Positions 25,658 to 35,068 of a stretch of 64,000 nt of DNA are shown here, in pieces (position 1 is the stretch's first letter; every line of letters begins with the position of its first letter). The notes beneath the pieces were generated by a model. That model saw nothing but the letters and a program-made list of their open reading frames with translations. It made no database searches and was not told where the DNA came from. The stretch is from Paracoccaceae bacterium (GTDB lineage Bacteria; Pseudomonadota; Alphaproteobacteria; Rhodobacterales; Rhodobacteraceae). Position numbers and translations under genes: made by a program. Where the stretch lies: assembly GCA_958296035.1 (NCBI GenBank), contig OY282431.1, positions 2,214,037 to 2,278,036 of the forward strand. The letters are read 5' to 3'.

Positions 25658-26152
25658 TCAGAAATCCGGCTCCAGATGAACCGCAAACAGTTCGATCCCG
25701 GCGGCCTTTGGTTCGATTGTGCGAAACTGTTCGTGGACTCCTTCGGCTACCAGCTCCCGACTGACAGTCAGCAGAGTGCCGGTCGCGTGGTCGCCACAGA
25801 TACCGATCATGTAATCCAGTTCCTGACGGGCAACACCCATCGCCGCTTCGATATGCGGGGCGCCGTAAATATCGACAAAGTGCTGTGCTAGCGAGGGGAC
25901 CAGCCCCTCGATCTCCAACTTCTCGATCCTTGTGACGCCCACGAAAGTTACGCGTCCGAAGGTCTCAAGCCCCAGCCAGCCACTGGAAAAGGCCTGGCGG
26001 GCCTTGCCCTTGAGGTCCGCCTGCGTCCAGTTCGAGAATTCGAAACTGCCGGGAATGCACCATTCGCCGGTTCGGGCGGAGTTGAAATAGGTGTTGCGAT
26101 CGCTCTCGTCGAAATGAACGGCGCTGGCCAGTTTCAATTCACTTCCCGGCAT
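25658..26152 (-). CDS. conserved hypothetical protein (DUF6505-like by recollection)
   Basis: 164-aa ORF with globular composition, last gene of the Mrp operon. 14-nt overlap with the upstream gene. Confidence 0.6.
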   Translation of the reverse strand: MPGSELKLASAVHFDESDRNTYFNSARTGEWCIPGSFEFSNWTQADLKGKARQAFSSGWLGLETFGRVTFVGVTRIEKLEIEGLVPSLAQHFVDIYGAPHIEAAMGVARQELDYMIGICGDHATGTLLTVSRELVAEGVHEQFRTIEPKAAGIELFAVHLEPDF

Positions 26153-26888
26153 TGATCAACAACCCCGACAATGGCAGGAGTCGCGTTTCGCGCTCCTGGC
26201 GCAGCAACATGCCAAATCTCTCGTCTACACCGAGAAATGTTCCCTCCAGCAATTTACCCTGCCAACTGATGGCGATTTCTTCACCCATGTCCCGGACCAG
26301 ACCTTTCCATTCCCGATGAACAGCCATGGCGCCATCCTCAATCCAGCGATTGATCCAGACCAGGGTGTGGCGTGACCAGCTTTCGAGAAGACTGACCGGA
26401 CTGACTTCGACGCACCCCTCCTCATATAGGGATGTCTGCTCGGGATTGACTCCAGGTGCATCCCTATTGACCGGAATGATTTGCAGCATGAACCCGACAA
26501 TCAGCCAGTCCGGACATTGCCCTGGATCGTTGGTGGACGAATTTGTCCGGAATTGTCCGCATGATGCGCCGTTGACATAGATTTCTCCCGTCCATCCGAG
26601 GTGCATTGATACCTCCGGCGGAGCCAGTGCACCCAGCGCATTCTGCAACCCCACACCGCATACGGGAAGCATGGTCATGGCCTCCTCAAGCGGAACTTCG
26701 GGAGCCAGTATCATTGATGCCGACATACGGTCCGCTGCAAGGTTATAGGTTACGGTACCGGCTTCGCATCCAAGTGCAGCCATGGCACTCGCCTTGGCAA
26801 ACGGATCCAGCGAACCGGTAATCCGCAATCCCTGGAACAATGGCGGGAAGTGCGGTTCGGCGGACGCATCCATTATGTTGCCACGCAT
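26139..26888 (-). CDS. biotin/lipoate-protein-ligase-family-like protein (BPL/LPL catalytic-domain-like)
   Basis: 249 aa. Blocks such as ILAPEVPLEEA and GALAPPEV...VNGASCG resemble the BPL_LplA_LipB-like proteins found next to mrp. Assigned from memory of the family, not from a search. An alternative start is at 26873. Confidence 0.55.
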   Translation of the reverse strand: MRGNIMDASAEPHFPPLFQGLRITGSLDPFAKASAMAALGCEAGTVTYNLAADRMSASMILAPEVPLEEAMTMLPVCGVGLQNALGALAPPEVSMHLGWTGEIYVNGASCGQFRTNSSTNDPGQCPDWLIVGFMLQIIPVNRDAPGVNPEQTSLYEEGCVEVSPVSLLESWSRHTLVWINRWIEDGAMAVHREWKGLVRDMGEEIAISWQGKLLEGTFLGVDERFGMLLRQERETRLLPLSGLLINAGK

Positions 26889-27943
26889 TTCCTGACCTGC
26901 CTGGCCAGATTCTGGAAGATCATTGCGGATTGCTTCCCGGGATGCGAGGCAACCACCGGAATACCAGCATCCGCTCCTGTCCTGATCTTGATGTCGAGGG
27001 GAATGTTGGCGAGCAATGGCACACCCAGTTTTTCAGCCTCTGCTGCCACACCCCCCTGCCCGAACAGGTGCTCAACGTGGCCGCAATTGGTACATTCGTG
27101 CGTCGACATGTTCTCGACCATGCCCAGGATCGGAACCTTCATCGTATTGAACATGTCTATACCCTTTCGGGTGTCGAGCAGGGCAATGTCCTGGGGGGTA
27201 CAGACAATGATTGCTCCGTGGACCTGTACTCTCTGGCACAACGTCATCTGCACATCGCCTGTTCCTGGCGGCAAATCGACGAGCATGATGTCAAGTGCTC
27301 CCCACTGGACCTGGGTCAACATCTGGCTCAAGGCTCCCATGAGCATCGGCCCGCGCCAGACGACAGCCTCATCTTCAGCAGTCAGCAGCCCCATCGACAT
27401 CATCGTGACACCGAGGTTTCGCAAGGGAAGAATGGTCTTGCCGTCAGGCGATGACGGTCGGCCCGAGATACTCAGCATGCGCGGTTGAGATGGACCGTAA
27501 ACGTCACCGTCGAGAAGTCCTGTCCTGCATCCGAGTGAGGCCAGCGCGACAGCCAGATTTGCAGCAACGGTGGATTTTCCGACGCCGCCCTTCCCCGAAG
27601 CAATGGCAACAATTTTGTCGACACCGGGGAGCTTGCCGGGGCCGGTGTTGCTGGCGGCACGGGCAGGCTTGAGGTCAGGAGGAGCATCCGGGCTGGACTG
27701 GTGTGCAGTCAGCACGACCGATACGGTATCAATGCCGGGAAGTTGTGCGACCAGCTTCTCGGCTTCTGCCCTGGTTTCGGCCAGGCGCCCGGCATGAGCC
27801 GAGTGGGCCTCGATCACGAATCTGACCGCCGGGCCCTCCACAATCAGGCCCCTCACCATACCGGCAGATACGATGTCCTTCCCGCTTATCGGGTCGATGA
27901 CCGTTCCCAGTGTGTCAAGAACGACTTCTCGAGTTGAACTCAT
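26873..27943 (-). CDS. apbC: Mrp/NBP35-family Fe-S cluster carrier ATPase (ApbC)
   Basis: Deviant Walker A IASGKGGVGKST, CTNCGH cluster-ligand motif, N-terminal DUF59-like domain. Confidence 0.9.
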   Translation of the reverse strand: MSSTREVVLDTLGTVIDPISGKDIVSAGMVRGLIVEGPAVRFVIEAHSAHAGRLAETRAEAEKLVAQLPGIDTVSVVLTAHQSSPDAPPDLKPARAASNTGPGKLPGVDKIVAIASGKGGVGKSTVAANLAVALASLGCRTGLLDGDVYGPSQPRMLSISGRPSSPDGKTILPLRNLGVTMMSMGLLTAEDEAVVWRGPMLMGALSQMLTQVQWGALDIMLVDLPPGTGDVQMTLCQRVQVHGAIIVCTPQDIALLDTRKGIDMFNTMKVPILGMVENMSTHECTNCGHVEHLFGQGGVAAEAEKLGVPLLANIPLDIKIRTGADAGIPVVASHPGKQSAMIFQNLARQVRKCVAT

Positions 27944-28143
27944 TCGCCCCTGCTGGTGATGGTACCCACGACCACATGATTCAGATCAAGCTCGTTGCAG
28001 GTCAACTCGGCCTTGATTTCAAACTTGCGGCCCGCCGGATTCTCCAGCTCGGCGTTGCGGATTGCATCCTCGATTGCACGCTGCGAGGTCACGCCCACCC
28101 GCTTGAGAAACTTGCGCATGCTCATGTTGAATTCGTCGCTCAC
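27940..28143 (-). CDS. small conserved hypothetical protein (DUF6494-like)
   Basis: 67-aa ORF. Its stop overlaps the apbC start (ATGA). First gene of the operon. Confidence 0.6.
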   Translation of the reverse strand: MSDEFNMSMRKFLKRVGVTSQRAIEDAIRNAELENPAGRKFEIKAELTCNELDLNHVVVGTITSRGE

Positions 28144-28759
28144 CTCGTTGTCTCCCGTGCTGTGGTTTCATGGTTTGGTGTCGGCAGAGGCATTGAAGGC
28201 ATTTGGGTATCCGCGTGGCAAAGATCGCTGAGCCAATTTCTGGAAGCCGCAACATGCCAGGAGCAATCCGGCTGCCTTGTCAAAGTCTATTAGTGGGTTT
28301 TACGCAAGCAGGCAAAATATTTGGTGTGTTCCCTCAACTATCACCCATGCTGCGGCACTGTCGCATCGAAGAGGCCGATCCCGCGCAGTTGGGCCATGGC
28401 TAAAACGCGCGGGTCAATGGCAGCAATCCCCGGAACCGTTCGGGTACGACATGCGCAAGCATCATAATGTTGGAATGACGTGGCCTTGCTCGCACCAGCA
28501 ATTTGCATAGTCGCAACAGTTCCTGGCATCCTCCTTCTCGAAAGTCGGCATACGCACCGTCGACCCATCAACAATCCGGCATGTGGAGTAGAGCAACTCA
28601 GCTGAGCCGGCTGCTGCCAGGGGCTGGGTAGTCGCCATCAGTATGATGTCCGACACTGGCCGGTCTGGAATTACTTGCACTGGCCTTGATCCGGTATCAA
28701 GGTCACAAATCCTATTGGCGCTGAAGAGAACCTGGTAACAAGAGACGAGAGCAGTCCAT

Positions 28760-31700
28760 ATGCAGTTTGTAAGAAACGGCCCCGACGTCCCTGAACGCTT
28801 GCTTCAGGCGCATGAAGACTGTCGTGTTGTCTTTTTCTGCGGTTCAGGAATCTCCTTCCCCGCCGGTTTGCCAGGATTTTCTGGCTTGGTAAAACAGCTC
28901 AGTGACCACTTTGGGTACCTTAGTCCAGAGCAAGCCAATGCAATTGAAGCCAAACAGTATGACAGGGCCGTAGGTTTGCTTGAGCGTGACGTTGCAGGCG
29001 GGCGGCAGATTGTAAGGCGGAAAATTGCGGACATTCTTAAACCGGATCTAAACCGACCACGAGCCACAGACACTCATCGGGCACTGCTCGAATTGGCGAG
29101 ACACAATCAGCAACAGGCAAGGTTGATCACAACCAACTTTGACCGGTTGTTCGAGCATGTAATTGTGGAAGATGACCTCACCATTGGGAGTTTTGAGGCT
29201 CCGTTGTTGCCAATTCCAAAACAACGCTGGGACGGTTTGGTGTATCTTCATGGTCTGCTGCCTGAGGATCCTGACGACAGGGGTCTTGACAATCTGGTCG
29301 TCTCAAGTGGCAACTTCGGGCTTGCCTACCTCTTGGAACGCTGGGCTGCGCGCTTTGTCACCGAATTGTTTCAAAATTTCACTGTGTGCTTTGTCGGTTA
29401 CAGCATTGATGACCCGATCTTGCGTTACATGACGGATGCCTTGGCAGCGGATCAACAGCGTGGTGAAGCGCCAACCGAGATGTTTGCATTTGGATGTTAC
29501 TCCAAGGGCAAGGAAGTCTCTTGCTCCAATGAATGGCGTGCCAAGAATGTCACACCTATTCTCTACAAGAGTTACTGGCGTCATGCCTATCTGCATCGAA
29601 CTCTCCGGAAGTGGGCCGATGATCATCGGGACGGTGTATTGGGAAAGGAGAGAATTGTTTTTGATTACGCCGGCAGACACCCTTCCATGTCTACTAACGA
29701 GGACGATTTTGTAAGTCGCATGCTTTGGGCGCTGAGCGATCCAAGTGGGCTTCCTGCCAAGCGTTTCGCTACCTTCGATCCGGCTCCCACCCTCGATTGG
29801 CTTGATTCGCTAAACGACAACAGATTCGGTCATGACCATCTAATCCGTCTATCTCCATGGATGGCCCTAGCCGGTAATGGATTGAACTGCGGACTGGATC
29901 AGGTAACGCGCCACCTGGTGGACTGGCTGACCCGGCATCTCAACAACCCCAAGTTGTTTTTCTGGCTGGCCAAACAGGGAGGGCGGCCGCATCCGGATTT
30001 TCAAAGGAAGTTGTCAAACCGATTGATCCACCTCGCCAAGCTGGAGGACAGCAAGCATACCGAGGAGCTGAACAAGATTCGAGAAAATGCGCCAGATGCA
30101 ATCCCTGATGCCCCGATGCGAGTGCTGTGGGATCTGCTTTTCTCTGGGCTGGTGAAGTCGCATGGCCAGGACCTGTCTTCGGATGACTGGTTGATACGCT
30201 TCAATAATGAGGGATTGACAACCGCCCTGCGTCTGGAACTCCGTGCATTGCTGAGTCCGCGTGTATCCTATAGCGAACCATTCAATTGGCCAGCCCAATT
30301 GGATGATGGTGGAGAGGAGGATACGCATAGTCGGACCCTATCTGACATTATAAGCTGCGAAATCGTACTCTCAAAATACAGTATTCACGACACCCTTTAC
30401 GAGTTAAGGGATAATAGACACTGGACCACCGCGCAGCCAGTGCTGCTCTCCGACTTCACCGGGCTGTTACGTGATGTCCTCGACCTCAAGCGAGAGATGG
30501 GAGGGGCCGACGACTGGAGCGACGAATCATACTTTGACCGACCTTCAATTAGCGAGCACAGTCAGAATCGTGATCGTCACGACTGGACGGTACTGATAGA
30601 CTTAACTCGTGATGCGTGGCTGAAAACCGCAACTCGGTCATGCGAGTGCGCACGGCATGCAGCCGAGAACTGGTCACGAATTCCCTACCCCCTCTTCCGC
30701 CGTCTCGCGTTTTTTGCGGCAGCCAATGGCAATATCATTGCCAGTGACCAAGCGCTTGAGTGGCTGTTGGCCGACGAAGGGTGGTGGCTGTGGTCAAATG
30801 AAACACATTGGGAAGCTATGCGGCTGCTGGCAACCCTGGCTCCGCGCCTGAATTCTGAGGGGTTGGCCAAGCTTGAGCAAGCCATACTTTCCGGACCGCC
30901 GCGCAACATGTTCGTCACTGACTTGCAAGCGGAAAGATGGACGTACATTCAGGAACGTGGCATTTGGCGTCGGTTAGCCAAGATTGACGATGCCGATGTC
31001 CAGTTGGCTCCTTCCGCACGGGATCAGATGAGCAGGCTTTCGGAAAAGTACCCGGACTGGCAGCTTGCCGACGACGAACGCGAGGAATTCCCTACCTGGC
31101 GGCCATCAGGGCTACGAGTTCCAGAACGGTTGCCGCGTGAGCCGGATAAACTTATCAACAGTCTAAGGGAAAATCCCGGCTCTGGCTTCCGGGAGGATGA
31201 TTGGTCAAAGATTTGCCGCGACGAGTTTGAACTTGCATCGTCAGCACTCATTGCACTGGCCAATCAAGGAATTTGGCCCGAAGGTCGCTGGAGAAAAGCA
31301 CTATCCCAATGGACTGAAGATGAGCTTACACAGGATTCATGGTCCAGGATGGCCCCGGTAATTGCCAAAATGCCTGAATCCACGCTGTACCAAATTCGGT
31401 ATGGATTGAGTTGGTGGCTAGAAGAGCTTGCAAAGACCGTTGAGGGACAAGAGGAAACGTTCTACCGGTTGTGTGACCGTCTGCTGAAACTAGCTTATGA
31501 GGTCGCAGATGACTCCAATGACCATGTCAACAAAGCAATAAACCATCCGGTGGGGCATGTTACCGAAGCACTTCTCAACAAGTGGTACAGAAGCGAGCCT
31601 CAAGCCAACCAAGGTCTCGTTGAACCGATACGTGACAGGTTTACCTGCCTTTGCAGTACCTCGGCGCAGAAATACCGACACGGGCGCGTGATGCTTGGCG

Positions 31701-32458
31701 CAAACATGTGGTGGTTATTTTTGGTCGACCCCTTGTGGACCGTCAAGTTCATGCTACCGCACTTCGATTGGGGAAGCAAAGAAACTGAGGCAGGCCCCAT
31801 GTGGGAAGGCTTTCTATGGACATCCAATTTCTATGAGCCCTTGATGGAGCACCTCAAGCCGGCGTTCCTGGAAACAGCAAATCATTTCGACCAGCTAGGT
31901 GGGCACAAACAACGCTTTGCTTCCCTGTTGACATTCGGTGCTCTCGAACCGCGCGATTTCTGCACAAATACTGAAATGAAACATGCCTTAAGCTCATTGC
32001 CGACAGAAGGTCTAGAACAAGTTTCTGCATCGTTGGTTAAATTGATCAACAGTGTCGGTGACAAACGCTCCAATTACTGGGAGAACAGGGTAGCACCGTT
32101 TCTGAGGGACATCTGGCCGAAGTCAGCCGACCGCCTTACGGAACAGGTTTCAGCAAACCTTGCCCGGGCGTGTATAGCCGCAGGAGACGCGTTTCCCGAC
32201 GCCCTCAAAGAGATCGAACCGTGGCTGAAACCGCTGAACCACCCTCACCGAATAGCGTGTGAACTGCACAGTTCAAAGCTTATCGCCCAGTTTCCTGAGC
32301 TGACGCTTGATCTTCTTCGTCGAATCTACCGAGATCAGGCACAGTTGTTTCCCAATGAATTGGCGAAGTGCCTAACTAGAATAAAGTCTGCGAAATCAGA
32401 ACTCAGTGAAGATCATCGTTTCGAGTATCTGGATAAAATCTTGAGTAAGTCCGGTTAA
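28760..32458 (+). CDS. SIR2-domain (SIR2_2-type) protein with a roughly 900-aa uncharacterised C-terminal region; DSR-like NADase defence candidate
   Basis: 1232-aa uninterrupted ORF. Ordered motifs: VFFCGSGISFPAGLPGF, ITTNFD (N126), VYLHG (H164), FVGYSIDDP. No P-loop. Confidence 0.85.
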   Translation: MQFVRNGPDVPERLLQAHEDCRVVFFCGSGISFPAGLPGFSGLVKQLSDHFGYLSPEQANAIEAKQYDRAVGLLERDVAGGRQIVRRKIADILKPDLNRPRATDTHRALLELARHNQQQARLITTNFDRLFEHVIVEDDLTIGSFEAPLLPIPKQRWDGLVYLHGLLPEDPDDRGLDNLVVSSGNFGLAYLLERWAARFVTELFQNFTVCFVGYSIDDPILRYMTDALAADQQRGEAPTEMFAFGCYSKGKEVSCSNEWRAKNVTPILYKSYWRHAYLHRTLRKWADDHRDGVLGKERIVFDYAGRHPSMSTNEDDFVSRMLWALSDPSGLPAKRFATFDPAPTLDWLDSLNDNRFGHDHLIRLSPWMALAGNGLNCGLDQVTRHLVDWLTRHLNNPKLFFWLAKQGGRPHPDFQRKLSNRLIHLAKLEDSKHTEELNKIRENAPDAIPDAPMRVLWDLLFSGLVKSHGQDLSSDDWLIRFNNEGLTTALRLELRALLSPRVSYSEPFNWPAQLDDGGEEDTHSRTLSDIISCEIVLSKYSIHDTLYELRDNRHWTTAQPVLLSDFTGLLRDVLDLKREMGGADDWSDESYFDRPSISEHSQNRDRHDWTVLIDLTRDAWLKTATRSCECARHAAENWSRIPYPLFRRLAFFAAANGNIIASDQALEWLLADEGWWLWSNETHWEAMRLLATLAPRLNSEGLAKLEQAILSGPPRNMFVTDLQAERWTYIQERGIWRRLAKIDDADVQLAPSARDQMSRLSEKYPDWQLADDEREEFPTWRPSGLRVPERLPREPDKLINSLRENPGSGFREDDWSKICRDEFELASSALIALANQGIWPEGRWRKALSQWTEDELTQDSWSRMAPVIAKMPESTLYQIRYGLSWWLEELAKTVEGQEETFYRLCDRLLKLAYEVADDSNDHVNKAINHPVGHVTEALLNKWYRSEPQANQGLVEPIRDRFTCLCSTSAQKYRHGRVMLGANMWWLFLVDPLWTVKFMLPHFDWGSKETEAGPMWEGFLWTSNFYEPLMEHLKPAFLETANHFDQLGGHKQRFASLLTFGALEPRDFCTNTEMKHALSSLPTEGLEQVSASLVKLINSVGDKRSNYWENRVAPFLRDIWPKSADRLTEQVSANLARACIAAGDAFPDALKEIEPWLKPLNHPHRIACELHSSKLIAQFPELTLDLLRRIYRDQAQLFPNELAKCLTRIKSAKSELSEDHRFEYLDKILSKSG

Positions 32459-32661
32459 GAACTGATACGCCTCTCCATGCGGTAAGTATTCAACACTTGC
32501 TAACTGGACTTGCGGGCAACCAATACCCACTAGAGCTTGGCTGTCCACCGATTTGGTTTCGTCTCCTGGTGGTAACATGCAAGGGACCATTGCCCCTTTG
32601 TTCATTCAGCGCTCCTGCCAGCAGTAGAAACAAGACTGCGACGCGCCTATGCGTTTATTAA

Positions 32662-33759
32662 TCATTGGAGCCACATCCCTTCGTTGCTCAGGATGACCTG
32701 TGTGCAGTAGGCCAGTCTACGCCAGGCACTGCGGTCATCGACAATCTGCTCGAAGCACTGGCGGTGGTAGTCGCTTGCGGCAAAGAGTATGCCAGTGCGC
32801 ATTCTGCAAATCTCTCATTGCAATGGTCACAACCAAGGTATGTGAATCACAGTTATCAGGTAATGACACTCCCCCTTACGGTACCTTCTAGATGGGGGCC
32901 GCTAGGTGAGAATAAATTTGTTGCGGTAAAATTGACCAGCCTAGAATTATTCATGGCGTTCCGTTCCCGGAAGAGTAGCCAACACGGAAGAGTCGAAATC
33001 GGCCGACCGTGGTTGGCCGACCCTGTAACACTTCCTCGCACAGGCTATCACTGGGGCTCCTCCACTCAATTCAACCAGCATCGTCTTGGATGTGTGTGCC
33101 TTCTTCTGTGCAGGGTGATGAATTTCATAATGCGGTATTTTGACCTCAATCCGACCTCTATCACCTATTTCTCGCATGCTCTTGGCAACCGAAGACATCC
33201 TGCAGGCAATTTTACGAATTCGCTGGCATCAAGACAGTCCAGCATGGCAGCAAACCCAATTGCATCGCCGACCGCCACTATCCCCTCGGTGGTTCGCCCA
33301 TAGTCATCTACAGACCGAGTCGCTTCACTGCATCTCTACTGGTCTGTGCGGTACCACACATACATGTTCTTCGGGTCGGAAACTCTACCTCATCTGAAAC
33401 CCTCTGAATGCCAACTAGCGAATTTTGCAATTGAGCTTGCTCAGCATTTTTCGCCTTCAAGGAGAGGCAGCACAGTGTAGGACGTCTGGAGTTGGAGTCT
33501 ATCAGCCCAAGCGATAATTGATTGATTGCATTCTTGCAGCAGGTACGCTCCGCCGGCATCCTGTAGATTTGCGAGAGTTCTGCTGTCGCAATGCGATGAT
33601 ATTCTTGTATTACGATACCGTTATGGCTCCCGGTTCGTTTACATTATCCAGGCAGGAATCAATAATTGCCCACTTTCCAGAGCCAATGTGAACAACTATG
33701 CATTCACCATACCCTGGGCCAAATATAGTGACCTCAATCTCGTTCAATTGCGGCTTCAT
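32662..33759 (-). pseudogene. decayed gene; the N-terminus resembles an MBL-fold (ComEC-type beta-lactamase-like) protein
   Basis: ATG at 33759 overlaps the end of the upstream gene. The first 49 codons (MKPQLNEIEVTIFGPGYGECIVVHIGSGKWAIIDSCLD...) end in a stop at 33610. The reading then continues through at least 5 frame changes or stops (fragments 33308-33559, 32947-33198, 32856-33041) and ends ...VILSNEGMWLQ* at 32662. Confidence 0.35.
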
Positions 33760-34387
33760 CTTCCCAAACGATTGCCTCTACAAGAGCCTCGGCCTTTTTG
33801 TATGCTCTCTTGTAATCTCGCTCAGAATGGGCGGGGAGCCTGCGGAAGTACAATTCTGACACATTTCTAACTTGCCCTGTATGCAGGCGCTCACGTCCAA
33901 TGACCCATCGTACGATAGCGCCTTCCTTGAGCAAGTGTTGGTCGTATTCGCAAATGTCCAGCTTGCGAAAGTCAGCGTGATCGACTGGCAAAGGAGAATT
34001 TGAGCGGACATCCACCATTCTCACTGAAAACTTGTCCTCCGTGATGTATTCAACGTATCCTTCAAACTCCGCTATTGGGGTTAAAGTTCGTCTTTTTCTG
34101 GGCTTTGTCATGTGTGGATGCCATCTCGAAACCAGTGGTGCAACCCTTTTGGCACTCATTTGGACAACCGTTTGACTTGACTTGTTGGAATTTGCGTTGG
34201 ATCGATGTGGCGTGGTACTACTTAATTCAGCAGGCCTGTTTGGAGTTTGAGTTTCGGGGGCTAGTGCAACATTGACAATGCTATTTGCCATTCCAACGAA
34301 CTCATCATCCGGCACTTGCCTTACGCTGGAATGAACTTCTCCATCCAGATGGTTGAGAAACTCTGGACTCTGAGCAAAGGTCTTCAT
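33734..34387 (-). CDS. hypothetical protein
   Basis: 217-aa intact ORF starting 2 nt after the upstream stop. Low-complexity Ser/Asn/Thr linker, then a basic KPRKRR stretch and a structured-looking C-terminal half. No family recognised. Confidence 0.6.
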   Translation of the reverse strand: MKTFAQSPEFLNHLDGEVHSSVRQVPDDEFVGMANSIVNVALAPETQTPNRPAELSSTTPHRSNANSNKSSQTVVQMSAKRVAPLVSRWHPHMTKPRKRRTLTPIAEFEGYVEYITEDKFSVRMVDVRSNSPLPVDHADFRKLDICEYDQHLLKEGAIVRWVIGRERLHTGQVRNVSELYFRRLPAHSERDYKRAYKKAEALVEAIVWEDEAAIERD

Positions 34388-34389
34388 TG

Positions 34390-35068
34390 TTATGCGTCCA
34401 ATCTCATTGTAGTCTCAATTATGGTGTCAGCTTCCTCCGTAGCTGGTTCAAATTGTTCCATCAGCAAGGTCATCGCCTGCTCGCTTCCATGGTCAGCAGG
34501 CAAATCGGTCAGCAAATGATGACTGTTGACATGCATGTAAACCCCCGTGTTGTCCTTAATTCTAACAGATGGCTTGATCGTTAAATTAGTCTCCATTTGC
34601 ACTCCCCCCACCAACGACTTCTGTGTCATTGACAAACTCTGTAGTCCGCCCGTCAATTCAACGTCATCCGTGTCCATTTCTTGGCCAAATTGACCCCAAT
34701 GCTCAATCGGTGCCAGATTTCTGCCAAGCCGCACCCGTGAAGATAGGCTTGGCAAGCAGAAATGAACCTGGCAATTTTCACCGACCGCAGTGATTGGAGC
34801 ATTAAACAAATGTCCTCCGAATATCTTGTTAGTGATATCCAGGACAGTCACCCAAGGAGCAGCAGTAGTCTCAATCCGATTGTAGTACGTAGGAGCGGGT
34901 TTCAATTGAAAAGTTTGAAACTTGAGGGAGAGACAACAAGTCGCTGACATGTGAGGTGGCTTCTGGCTCAATCCCCCTAGCTTCTAGCCATGCCGGATGT
35001 AGAATTGCAGGATTGAACTTTCCCAACAAGACGATCAAGCACGCTGATATACCAGGTTGAATAACCAT
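34390..35068 (-). pseudogene. hypothetical protein interrupted by a frameshift
   Basis: Two overlapping ORFs in different frames (34871-35068 and 34390-34971). A single-base change within the 34871-34971 overlap joins them into roughly 225 aa; one candidate site is the T4 run at 34909-34912. Confidence 0.5.

Noticed and set aside
28462-28680. 72-aa minus-strand ORF divergent from the SIR2 gene with a Cys-rich end (NCCDYANCWCEQGH). An overlapping 77-aa ORF (28341-28574) is preceded by AAGGAGG.
   Set aside because: The two overlap each other in different frames. The Shine-Dalgarno sequence is directly adjacent to the ATG, which is poor spacing. No family was recognised. I cannot support either as a gene without conservation or expression data.
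32665-33303. 212-aa plus-strand ORF downstream of the SIR2 gene that could be read as a second island gene.
   Set aside because: It has no recognisable motifs. It lies antisense to the fragments of decayed gene C, which give more protein-like translations. It is probably an artefact.
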